This document shows, in pieces, positions 20,328 through 28,865 of a stretch of DNA of 64,000 nt; the stretch's first letter is position 1; every line of letters begins with the position of its first letter. Position numbers and translations under genes: made by a program. The DNA comes from Candidatus Obscuribacteraceae bacterium (GTDB lineage Bacteria > Cyanobacteriota > Vampirovibrionia > Obscuribacterales > Obscuribacteraceae): NCBI GenBank assembly GCA_044226015.1, contig JBGAHS010000002.1:32001-96000 (forward strand), written 5' to 3'. The notes beneath the pieces were generated by a model that did not search any database, was not told where the DNA came from, and saw only the letters and a list, made by a program, of their open reading frames with translations.

Positions 20328-20863
20328 GTTGGCATTTTGTCCAACCGCGCAATTATCAATCGTCCTGCGCCATCCACAGGTCCTTTTACAGATACACGGA
20401 TCCTTTTATCCATTCTCAAGCCATTGATGCAGCGACATCTCTGCATCTCTATGACGGATCCGCCTGTGCAATAACAGAGCCCGGGACATCCACGTCAATT
20501 CACAATCCATTGATGCAAGGCGGATCCTTTTTGCAGAAACTTCGCATCAACCCAAAGAGAATGATGACACCGTATGTGCCACCACAACGAAACAAGCCAC
20601 AGCAACAATCTGTCGCACCATATACGCCACCAAGATCAAATAAAGTATCTGTACCGAAGTTTAACCGGACGAAAGATTAGCAATCCATAACACAAGTGTT
20701 AGAGAATCTTCTTTATCGGTTCAGACACAATGTCTAGACAGAAGACAAGAGGAGGGAATAGAATGGACGAAATTCGTCCCCCGCAGGAACGAAATTCCCC
20801 TTTAACCATCTACAGAAGTTGACTGTTTTTCAACAAGAACTTCAAAAGGTGCAGGATTCTATT

Positions 20864-21439
20864 ATGCCAATGCAAGCAATATCCCTCCTCATCGTTGACG
20901 ACGAGCCAGTTACAAGACGTGGGCTACAGCTTTTCGTTCAACAGTTGAAGGGAATTGAAGTTCTAGATGTAGCGATTGATGCAGAAGATGCCCTGAGCAA
21001 AATCGAAAATTTGCACCCCTCCGTTGTAGTAATGGACATTGGTCTCCCGGGAATGGACGGCATCTCTGCAGCTCGCGAAATAAAAAAAAGAAATCCCAAT
21101 CAAAAAGTTTTGATGCTTACTGCAAACGAAAGTGAAGATGCGATTTTCGGTTCTTTCGATGCAGGTGCTGATGGGTATGTCTTGAAGACAGCTTTCGCCA
21201 ACAGCCTTGAGCTGGCACTTAGAACTATAAAGTGCGGCTCAGTGTGGTTTGACCCGATGATTGCTCAAAAAATCTTGCAATTCGCCAGGGGAAACTCGCC
21301 AGTGTCGCAGTCAGCCACTCTTTCTAAGAATGAGCAGGGAGTTCTCGAAGAGCTTGCCAGAGAAAGCTGCAGTGATGGAGTCTGCCTGATCAATCCGAGT
21401 TTCATCGACAATTTAAGAAGAGCACGCTTTCATCCCTAG
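20864..21439 (+). CDS. NarL-like response regulator receiver with non-canonical C-terminus
   Basis: IVDDE, MDIGLPGMDG, MLT, GADGYVLK; the LuxR HTH is missing after LSKNEQGVLEELA. ORF open from 20819. Confidence 0.85.
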   Translation: MPMQAISLLIVDDEPVTRRGLQLFVQQLKGIEVLDVAIDAEDALSKIENLHPSVVVMDIGLPGMDGISAAREIKKRNPNQKVLMLTANESEDAIFGSFDAGADGYVLKTAFANSLELALRTIKCGSVWFDPMIAQKILQFARGNSPVSQSATLSKNEQGVLEELARESCSDGVCLINPSFIDNLRRARFHP

Positions 21440-21457
21440 ACCTCGTTTGAGCAAACC

Positions 21458-21550
21458 TGGATCCGGAACTGGTCTCTAAATTGGATCCGGAACTGGCTCG
21501 AACTGGATCCGGAACCCGAACCGGATTCGGATATGGAGCTAAACTGGATG
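21458..21550. repeat. Intergenic direct repeats of TGGATCCGGAAC (3 exact copies plus degenerate copies)
   Basis: Copies at 21458, 21482 and 21504; degenerate ccggattcgga near 21521 and aactggatg near 21542. Confidence 0.8.
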
Positions 21551-21571
21551 GATGCAAGAAATGTATTCCAG

Positions 21572-21603
21572 AAAGCAAAAGCGCCGCGCTGGCGCACGAC
21601 GCT
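21572..21603 (-). terminator. Intrinsic terminator of the START/SRPBCC gene
   Basis: Minus strand AGCGTCGTGCGCCAGCGCGGCGCT hairpin followed by TTTGCTTT. Confidence 0.55.
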
Positions 21604-21631
21604 CTCAGATTCTTTTCTGGACTAACCCTGA

Positions 21632-22345
21632 TTAGTTAGCCATGGGCTTTGATTGCTGAGCGATTTTTCTGTTCTCAGCGACCTTTTTCACATTGCTCAG
21701 ACGAGTCGCTAGTTTCTTCCCGGCGATGTTCTCAATAAAAGAACGTGGAGCTGGAACACCTATATCAATAAAAGAACCCAATTCGAGAATGGTATTTCCA
21801 TCTACATCAGGTTGGAGAATCCAGCTGCCTTCGACAGCTTTGAAACGATCTGACTTCAACAAGTGATAGTCAATTCTCTTATTAGTTTCTTCTGTACTTT
21901 TCAAAACACAAACGGAAGTACCAAGAACCGGAATCAATTGGAATTTTTGTTCCAGGGTTTGCTCAGTTTTACCGTGCTCATTTTTTCCTTCTTCCAGAAT
22001 CTTGCTATAAGCAAGGTCTGGATCAGACTTACGTTCTTCATGGACAGCTTCCCAAACATCGTGTGGCTGAGCATTGATCTTGATCTTCGCAGTTACCCAA
22101 CGGCGTCCGTTTGGCTTGGGAGCCGTACCGATTACTACCTGACCTTTTGATAGCTTTGCATGCTCTGCTTCGGTAACAACCACCAGCGGTGGCTCAGCCT
22201 TTGTCTCTGTTGTTGGACAGTGAGTTACGTGCTGGGTTTGCACTACATCAGCCGAGTTATTCGCAAGTGCTGGACTCGAACATAAAGACGCGAACGCCAT
22301 CATTACTGCGCCTTTTTTCACATGTTCAACAGTTGATTTCTTCAC
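21632..22345 (-). CDS. START/SRPBCC (polyketide cyclase/lipid-binding) family protein with signal peptide
   Basis: AKIKINAQPHDVWEAV, LLKSDRFKAVEGSWILQP, C-terminal helix; GTG at 22345 after TGAGGT. Confidence 0.8.
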   Translation of the reverse strand: MKKSTVEHVKKGAVMMAFASLCSSPALANNSADVVQTQHVTHCPTTETKAEPPLVVVTEAEHAKLSKGQVVIGTAPKPNGRRWVTAKIKINAQPHDVWEAVHEERKSDPDLAYSKILEEGKNEHGKTEQTLEQKFQLIPVLGTSVCVLKSTEETNKRIDYHLLKSDRFKAVEGSWILQPDVDGNTILELGSFIDIGVPAPRSFIENIAGKKLATRLSNVKKVAENRKIAQQSKPMAN

Positions 22346-22494
22346 AACACTTACCTCATACCGACTAAAGAATGTACTTGAACGCAGTAACAAACAGCTT
22401 GTTGTTAGTTGTTTGTTCCGTCTTGCTGACAAAAAGGAGAGCGCATCATGCTATACCAGATTGTCGACGAACTTAATTTATGAAGGTTCCTCAT

Positions 22495-23142
22495 TTATAC
22501 TCCGATTGGAATAAACTTGGGAACCAGTCGGCGCCACTTCATCTCTTCGCCATATTGTTTGTATTCAGAGCCCAAACTTTCGAGGAGAAGTTTTTCCTCG
22601 TATTTGGCTCTGTTAAGCCAGAGAGGTGCCACCAAAAATAGAGTCAAGCAAACTGCAAGGGGTGAAAGTGAGGCGAGCGATGCCCCAAGTACACTTTGAA
22701 TAATGCCTGAGTAAGCCGGGTGCATGACGAACTTCAACAATCCATCTTTACGCACCTTATGACCATCGAGTACTTCCGCGTCAGTGGTGAAGCACTCTCC
22801 TAAAGAATACCAGCCACCGATCATAAAAACCAATCCGCTAAAGAACTGAATTACACCCCACCAGCCGATCGGCTGAGCGGCTTCAGGAGCCACAAATGGT
22901 ATCGGACACAGAATCATCGCAAGTGTTCCGCCAATCAAACCAAATTGCGCTAAGAAGCCGAGAATCAGAACGATGACTGTTAGCAGAGTTGAGTATTGCG
23001 GTGCACGTTGAATCAGAAAATTCACTTCGTAAAAGACACCGGTTCCACGTCTCTGAAAACCTTTATATAGAACTGGCGCTGAAAGAAGAGCTCCGATACC
23101 AGCCAGAATTGCCGTGCATATGGTCGGCGGTGAAAGTTGCAT
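22495..23142 (-). CDS. Isoprenylcysteine carboxyl methyltransferase (ICMT/Ste14)-like membrane methyltransferase
   Basis: Multiple TM helices; GHKVRKDGLLKFVMHPAYSG, RAKYEEKLL...EYKQY, RLVP. Confidence 0.85.
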   Translation of the reverse strand: MQLSPPTICTAILAGIGALLSAPVLYKGFQRRGTGVFYEVNFLIQRAPQYSTLLTVIVLILGFLAQFGLIGGTLAMILCPIPFVAPEAAQPIGWWGVIQFFSGLVFMIGGWYSLGECFTTDAEVLDGHKVRKDGLLKFVMHPAYSGIIQSVLGASLASLSPLAVCLTLFLVAPLWLNRAKYEEKLLLESLGSEYKQYGEEMKWRRLVPKFIPIGV

Positions 23143-23159
23143 ACGAACCAGGATCCTCC

Positions 23160-23924
23160 CTAGAGATCAAAAAGCGTGTCGTTTAAATCGATATTGAGCT
23201 GGACATCTTTCCAATTTGTATGAGCAAACAGCTTTCCGTCCTTATAATCAAACCACTCGCGTGGTAACAATGTCTGTGGGTCTATGTAAGCGCGCTTCAT
23301 GAGTTCGTCTTTGGACGCACTCGTATAGAGTTCGATTATGTAAACGGGCTTCGGATGACCTTCTACTGTAACAGTCGATTCTGTCACCAAACTTTTCTTG
23401 CCTGCCTTAACAAAGTTAAGCATGACTTGGGACATTCCGTAGAAATCAGAATCAACAAGCGGGTATCCGTTACCTGACCGAACCCATTCAGAATCAGGGT
23501 CAACAGTTGCTACAAATTTCGACATCAAACCGCCGAGATGCCCTTTGACCTTTCCGTTCTTTAACAGAACTGCACACGAACCTTTCTTAAAAGGTCCCAA
23601 CTCCTCTGCGCGAATCTGACGAGGACGCTTGTAATAAAACTTACTGTTCTCTTCGATCGACTTTCCACCTTTGTAGACCGTCATGTGAGATTGAAATGTA
23701 TAGGACTTCAGCTGATCGGCAGCGTCTGCCATTTCTTTGAGAAAATCGGCGCCATCACGCATGCGCTCTTGAGTTTGTCCAGCTGCGGCTGAAACTGAAG
23801 TTGCTTTGTCTGGAACGCGGGTCGGCAGCTGGGTGCTTTCTGCAAGACCTGGATTGAGCAAACTCAACGCGAAAGTGGCAAGACTGATTTGCAGTAATCT
23901 GGAGAACCTGGTTCTAAAGTGCAT
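23160..23924 (-). CDS. Exported LolA-like (lipoprotein-sorting / DUF1571-like) protein
   Basis: Signal peptide; YYKRPRQIR, AYIDPQTLLP, VQLNIDLNDTLFDL C-terminal signature. Confidence 0.7.
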   Translation of the reverse strand: MHFRTRFSRLLQISLATFALSLLNPGLAESTQLPTRVPDKATSVSAAAGQTQERMRDGADFLKEMADAADQLKSYTFQSHMTVYKGGKSIEENSKFYYKRPRQIRAEELGPFKKGSCAVLLKNGKVKGHLGGLMSKFVATVDPDSEWVRSGNGYPLVDSDFYGMSQVMLNFVKAGKKSLVTESTVTVEGHPKPVYIIELYTSASKDELMKRAYIDPQTLLPREWFDYKDGKLFAHTNWKDVQLNIDLNDTLFDL

Positions 23925-24134
23925 CTGTATTGACTCTTGGTTTGGAGCTCAGTGTGAATAACCGGTTATATCTGGATATTAGGACCAAAAAAGGAAGTTC
24001 AGTTAACGAGACTTTCCCCTTTGCTAGCTTCCGCATGATTATGCCATGACTGCAAAAGCACGTTCCTTAGAGGTACTTGATGTTGCCAAGATCCGCCAGC
24101 GATGGCGCGGATTGAGCGCTGCGATAAAACTTAA

Positions 24135-24830
24135 CTAATTGGATCGTGCTCCCACGATCGATTCTTTCGGACACTCCCAGAGTGCAAGCGTCGCATCAAG
24201 AACCTCTTGGGCAGCCTCAGGAATTTGCTCACCGTGGGTCTCATTCAAATCGTCCAGCATACGCTTCATCCAGATGGCGTGGCGCATATGCGTTCTTGCA
24301 TGCAAGCGAACCCACTCTAACCCCTGGCTGATAAGCGCCGGCTCATATTCAGCTGCATGTTTTTCAAAATATTTTTCGCAACTCGGCAAAGCGGCGCGAC
24401 AATACATCGTCGCGGCCAGTTCGGCGGCAACTATGGAATGAATGCCCTCTGCAAAAGTCTTCCGGGTGCACATTTCAGTCATCACATCGCAAAGGTTCTT
24501 AGTCACAGGGCCCACCGGCGCTGCTTCGACCTCTTCTAAAGTGACGCCAGCAAGAGGAAATTGGTGCAAGAAAAGACCCTGATATTTACTTTCGTCATCG
24601 CTGAGACGATTCAGAAGCTGAGAAGCTGCGCTCATTTCAGGTGGCAAGGCATCCCTTACAGTACGAATGTTCTGTGGCAGCTCTTTCATAAAAGGCCAGA
24701 GGACGAAGATTATTTTTCGTCCACGTTCTCTGAATTTGCCATCAGCCAGGTCGATAAACCAGGGACTGACCGAGCAGCCCCAGCTTAGTCTTTCTATCAA
24801 AACTGGCATCCAACCTGGCAGAGACCCCAT
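24135..24830 (-). CDS. Heme-oxygenase-like diiron oxidase (HDO; UndA/CADD/PqqC-like)
   Basis: All-helical 231 aa; WPFMKE, LSDDESKY, AAELAA, EWVRLHARTHMRH match the HDO ligand-bearing helices. Confidence 0.65.
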   Translation of the reverse strand: MGSLPGWMPVLIERLSWGCSVSPWFIDLADGKFRERGRKIIFVLWPFMKELPQNIRTVRDALPPEMSAASQLLNRLSDDESKYQGLFLHQFPLAGVTLEEVEAAPVGPVTKNLCDVMTEMCTRKTFAEGIHSIVAAELAATMYCRAALPSCEKYFEKHAAEYEPALISQGLEWVRLHARTHMRHAIWMKRMLDDLNETHGEQIPEAAQEVLDATLALWECPKESIVGARSN

Positions 24831-25046
24831 CTAACCCTTTTCTTCCTCGCAACACACACTAAATGCGAAACTCTACTTTACCGCAGAGCAGTTAAGTCAT
24901 GGCATGGACGAAGCGCATTGCTTAACCCTTTTCAATGTTTTAAAGAAAGAAAGTTTCGCGAAAGGTTCCTTCGCTTGACCTCTTTTTACAAATTCGGAAC
25001 CCTGCTTCATCTCGTAGCCTTTGCTCTTTATGCTTTTCGCCACCCT

Positions 25047-25055
25047 TGATAGAAT
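25047..25055 (+). promoter_or_regulatory. Extended -10 promoter (TGnTAGAAT), probably a leaderless start of the GH3 operon
   Basis: TGATAGAAT lies 7 nt upstream of ATG 25063; no Shine-Dalgarno. Confidence 0.5.
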
Positions 25056-25062
25056 TCTAAAG

Positions 25063-25956
25063 ATGACAGTAAGCAGGCAAAACAAAACTGAACCATTCGT
25101 ATCTAACACTTTGACCAGGGTCGAGTCCGCAGATGGAACAGAAAATTTGATACGCGTTTGGGAAGCCACGGCTCCAGACGCCTTCGTTCTGTACTTACAC
25201 GGCATTGAAGGTCATAGTTTGTGGTTCGATGAGAGTGCGAGTTTTTTAGCTAAGCACGGAATAAGCACCTTCGCGCTTGATCGCCGCGGCTCAGGATGCA
25301 GCAAGGAAGCACGCGGTGATGCAAAAGATCCTCAGCAACTTCTGAATGATGTGCGGGCGGCGCTTAGATTCGCACGAGAAAAGTCCGCAAGAAAGCCACT
25401 CTTCCTGATGGCAAATTGCTGGGGCGCAAAACTTGCCGCAATTTTAGCGGAGAGGCAAAATCCAGAATCGCAGATGCTAGCAGGGCTGGTACTCAGTTCG
25501 CCAGCTATCGAAGTGAAGGTCGACCTTTCTTTCCAGGAAAAGCTGCAGGTAGCCTGGCGACTCTTGCTCGGCAATCGCGATCCGCTTCCACTGCCGCTAA
25601 AGGTTGAAGATTTCACGAACAACCCTGTTTATTTGAAATACATCGCAGAAGACACAAAGCGCCTGACCACAGCAACTGCTCGATTTTTGTTTTGCACTAT
25701 GCTCTTGACGAAAATGAGTCAACGCAGCGCAGAGAAAATAACGCTGCCGACACTTGTGTTGCAATCAGGAATTGACACCATAGTTGATGAGCCTGGCATC
25801 AAGAAATGGTTTGAGCGATTGGCTGCAAGCGATAAAAAATTTGTCTTATATCCTGAGGTGCACCACAGCCTCGACTTTGATGCGAATCCGCATGCCTACA
25901 GAGAAACACTGCTTGATTGGCTGCAAGAGCATTTGAAGGAGCATAAGCAGCCGTGA
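25063..25956 (+). CDS. Alpha/beta hydrolase (lysophospholipase/Hydrolase_4-like) with Cys at the nucleophile elbow
   Basis: LHGIEGH, DRRGSG, ANCWG in place of GxSxG, GIDTIVD, HHSL. Confidence 0.85.
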   Translation: MTVSRQNKTEPFVSNTLTRVESADGTENLIRVWEATAPDAFVLYLHGIEGHSLWFDESASFLAKHGISTFALDRRGSGCSKEARGDAKDPQQLLNDVRAALRFAREKSARKPLFLMANCWGAKLAAILAERQNPESQMLAGLVLSSPAIEVKVDLSFQEKLQVAWRLLLGNRDPLPLPLKVEDFTNNPVYLKYIAEDTKRLTTATARFLFCTMLLTKMSQRSAEKITLPTLVLQSGIDTIVDEPGIKKWFERLAASDKKFVLYPEVHHSLDFDANPHAYRETLLDWLQEHLKEHKQP

Positions 25957-27164
25957 GAATTCGTTCAATTGAAACCTTCAAGATAACTCTTCCTTTTCGC
26001 TTCGCGTTTGGACACTCGCTTGCCACGCGCGCCGAGTCCCGAAATCTGATCGTGAAAGTAACACTTGCCAATGGAATTTGCGGCTATGGCGAGAGCGTAC
26101 CGAGAGACTATGTCACAGGTGAAACGGTTGAACAGGCAGAAGATAACGTGCTGCTGAACTATGCACCAGCACTGCAGAAAACGTCATTTGATGACCCCAA
26201 AAAGCTTCTGAGCACCCTGAGCGAAACTTTCTTTTCGATGGGGCTTGATGACAAAATGCAAGGGGCATCATGGTGCGCACTCGAGCTAGCATTCTTAGAC
26301 GCTTGCAGCAGATTGCACGAGATGCAGCTTCATCAGCTCATTGGCACCCACAAGCAAGATAAGATTCGCTATGGCGGAACAGTTCCGTTTGGAAAGAAGA
26401 AAGCGCTTCAAGCAATTCTGAACTTCTATAAGATTTATGGCTTTGAAACTGTCAAACTAAAAGTCGGAGCAGCCAAGCTTGAAGATGACGTGGAGAAAGT
26501 GAAGTTGGCTCGCAGCATTCTAGGTGCAAATCGGAAGATTCGCGTAGATGCAAACTGTGCCTGGACACTGGATGAAGCGCTCAGAGCAGCTGAAGCATTC
26601 AGACCATACGGCATTCTTTCCTATGAACAACCCCTGCCAGCAAATAAATGGGACGAACTCAAAAAGCTTAGCGAGCAAATTGAAGAAGATGTTTTACTCG
26701 ATGAGTCTTTATGCACATTGAGGCAAGCAAGCGAACTAGCTAGCAACAGAATTTGCGATGCGTTCAACGTGCGCGTATCGAAGGCAGGAGGCATCTTTGC
26801 TTCGCAGAAAATGATTGATATTGCGTTGAATGCAAATCTGAAAGTTCACCTCGGGGCACAGGTTGGCGAAAGCGGAATTCTCAGCGCAGCTGCAAGACAC
26901 TTAGCTTTGACAAACGAGAAAATGGAAAATTATGAAGGGTCAGCAAACTTTTTTCTGCTGAAGAAAGACATCTGCAAAGAGAATCTAAATGCTGGACTCG
27001 GCGGTTTCGGTGACCTTCGTTTTGCAGCTAAGACTGGCGGTACCGGAATAAACATAATTGACAAAAATCTGAATTCGATGACTGATTCTTGTGATGAGAG
27101 TCAGGCAGATGCGATAACCCCCCGGGTCCAAAATCAAGGATCCTTGAGCCCAAAAGCGAGGTAA
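25953..27164 (+). CDS. Enolase-superfamily enzyme, muconate cycloisomerase/dipeptide epimerase subgroup
   Basis: GYGESVP, KLKVG, RVDAN, EQP, DES, NVRVSKAGG, GAQVGE; GTGA overlap with upstream gene. Confidence 0.9.
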   Translation: MRIRSIETFKITLPFRFAFGHSLATRAESRNLIVKVTLANGICGYGESVPRDYVTGETVEQAEDNVLLNYAPALQKTSFDDPKKLLSTLSETFFSMGLDDKMQGASWCALELAFLDACSRLHEMQLHQLIGTHKQDKIRYGGTVPFGKKKALQAILNFYKIYGFETVKLKVGAAKLEDDVEKVKLARSILGANRKIRVDANCAWTLDEALRAAEAFRPYGILSYEQPLPANKWDELKKLSEQIEEDVLLDESLCTLRQASELASNRICDAFNVRVSKAGGIFASQKMIDIALNANLKVHLGAQVGESGILSAAARHLALTNEKMENYEGSANFFLLKKDICKENLNAGLGGFGDLRFAAKTGGTGINIIDKNLNSMTDSCDESQADAITPRVQNQGSLSPKAR

Positions 27165-27166
27165 TT

Positions 27167-28858
27167 GTGGCGTTCAATCCTTACATTTTCATAGGGCAGT
27201 GTTATCGCGAGTTGACCCATATCAAAAAGTTCAAACAAGCGCTTTCTCGTCCGAGACAGGCTCAAGAAGAGAAACTGTTGAGCATTATTCGCCAGAACGA
27301 AAACACAGACTTTGGCAGGAAGCATCGTTTCTCTGAGATACGCAACATTCAGGACTTCCAGAGACTGGTGCCTCCAAACACTTACGAGACCCTTGAGCCA
27401 TACATAGAAAAGTCCATGGCGGGAGAGAGAAATCAGCTTACGACGGAGAAGCCGCTTATGTTTGCCACTACCAGTGGCACCACAGGCAAGCCCAAATACA
27501 TTCCCATAACTCCAACACACCTGAAGGACTACACCCACGCGTTTCACATTCACAACTGGGGAATGATTAAAGACAACCCTGAAGCGGTGCACCACCCAGG
27601 CGGACGTTACCTCATCTTCAATTCAAATGACGAAGAAGGTTTCACTAAAGATGGTACTCCATTTGGTGCCGTCTCTGGCTTGCTTCGCCGCAAACAATCT
27701 CCTCTTGTTCAGCGCTACATCGCACTGCCTTCACTGGTTAGCAGAATCAAAGACGTCGAATCAAAGTACTACACGATTTTAAGACTTTCACTGGTTCAAG
27801 ACATTATCGCTATTACGAGTTGCAACCCGTCAACACTTCTTCTGCTGGCAGATCAGTTGCAAGAACACGCGGCAAGCTTGATAAAAGATATCAATGACGG
27901 AACCCTGGCAAAATTCGTGAAACCGGGCGCAGATGTTGCCCAGGAATTGAGTACTTACTTGAAAGCTGACCCGGCGTGCGCAAAGCGGCTGTCTTCAATT
28001 CTAGAGAAAAAAGGCGAATTACTTCCAAGCGAAGCATGGCCAAACTTAAGAATAATAAGCGTCTGGAAGGGTGGTCCGATGCCTTTCTATCTCAAGAAGC
28101 TTCCAGAAAAATTTGGCAACATTCCATTTAGAGACTTTGGCTATATGGCCAGTGAAGGCAGAGGCACCATTCCACTGAAAGACGACGGAGCAGGTGGCGT
28201 GGCAGCTTTAACTTCTCACTTCTTTGAATTTGTGCCGGAAGAAGACGAAGGAAAAGAAGAAAGACGTTTTCTCACCTTAGACCAGCTCGAATTGGGCAAA
28301 CGCTATTTCATTCATTTCACAACCGCAGCGGGACTTTACAGATACAACATCAATGACTTGATGGAGGTCGTAGGCTTTGAGGAAAAGACTCCAATCCTTC
28401 AATTTGTTCAAAAAGGAATGGGCATTAGTTCCATCACTGGCGAAAAATTGACTGAAGAACAAGTCTCTGTCGCCTTGCAGTATGCAATCAGACAGCACAG
28501 CCTGGACCAGATTGATCATTTCATACTGGCAGTCGAGTTGGCTGACGTTCCGTATTACAAAGGATACGTTGAGAACTCTGGAGAGCTGCCTGAGTCTGTG
28601 CTCAGCGCCATGGCTCGAACAATCGACCTTTCTCTACAATTACAGAATATAGAGTACAAGGACAAACGCGAGTCCATGCGCCTTGCTCCTATTCAGTTAG
28701 TCGAGGTTCCGCGCGGAACTTTCAAACGACTCAGACAGCAGCGAGTTCATGATGGCGCACCAGAAGCTCAAGTAAAGATACCGTTTCTTACAAACAACAG
28801 CAGATTCAGCCAAGATATTGCTAAACTGACGAACGCAGAACTTGCACTACAGGTCTAG
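27167..28858 (+). CDS. GH3 family acyl-adenylate-forming amido synthetase
   Basis: TTSGTTGKPKYIP P-loop, YMASEG, FFEFVP, GLYRYNINDL, TGEK, QVKIP. Confidence 0.92.
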   Translation: MAFNPYIFIGQCYRELTHIKKFKQALSRPRQAQEEKLLSIIRQNENTDFGRKHRFSEIRNIQDFQRLVPPNTYETLEPYIEKSMAGERNQLTTEKPLMFATTSGTTGKPKYIPITPTHLKDYTHAFHIHNWGMIKDNPEAVHHPGGRYLIFNSNDEEGFTKDGTPFGAVSGLLRRKQSPLVQRYIALPSLVSRIKDVESKYYTILRLSLVQDIIAITSCNPSTLLLLADQLQEHAASLIKDINDGTLAKFVKPGADVAQELSTYLKADPACAKRLSSILEKKGELLPSEAWPNLRIISVWKGGPMPFYLKKLPEKFGNIPFRDFGYMASEGRGTIPLKDDGAGGVAALTSHFFEFVPEEDEGKEERRFLTLDQLELGKRYFIHFTTAAGLYRYNINDLMEVVGFEEKTPILQFVQKGMGISSITGEKLTEEQVSVALQYAIRQHSLDQIDHFILAVELADVPYYKGYVENSGELPESVLSAMARTIDLSLQLQNIEYKDKRESMRLAPIQLVEVPRGTFKRLRQQRVHDGAPEAQVKIPFLTNNSRFSQDIAKLTNAELALQV

Positions 28859-28865
28859 GAAAGAA

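Noticed and set aside
20300..20680. 126-aa ORF as a full gene
   Set aside because: Its start lies in the terminator and has no RBS; only the last 39 codons are retained as a possible microprotein
21458..21550. Possible CRISPR array
   Set aside because: Repeats are 12 bp with 10-12 nt spacers and there are no cas genes in the window
27167..28858. Literal auxin/jasmonate conjugation or recent plant-derived transfer
   Set aside because: Bacterial GH3 homologues are widespread; nothing in the sequence indicates plant origin or substrate
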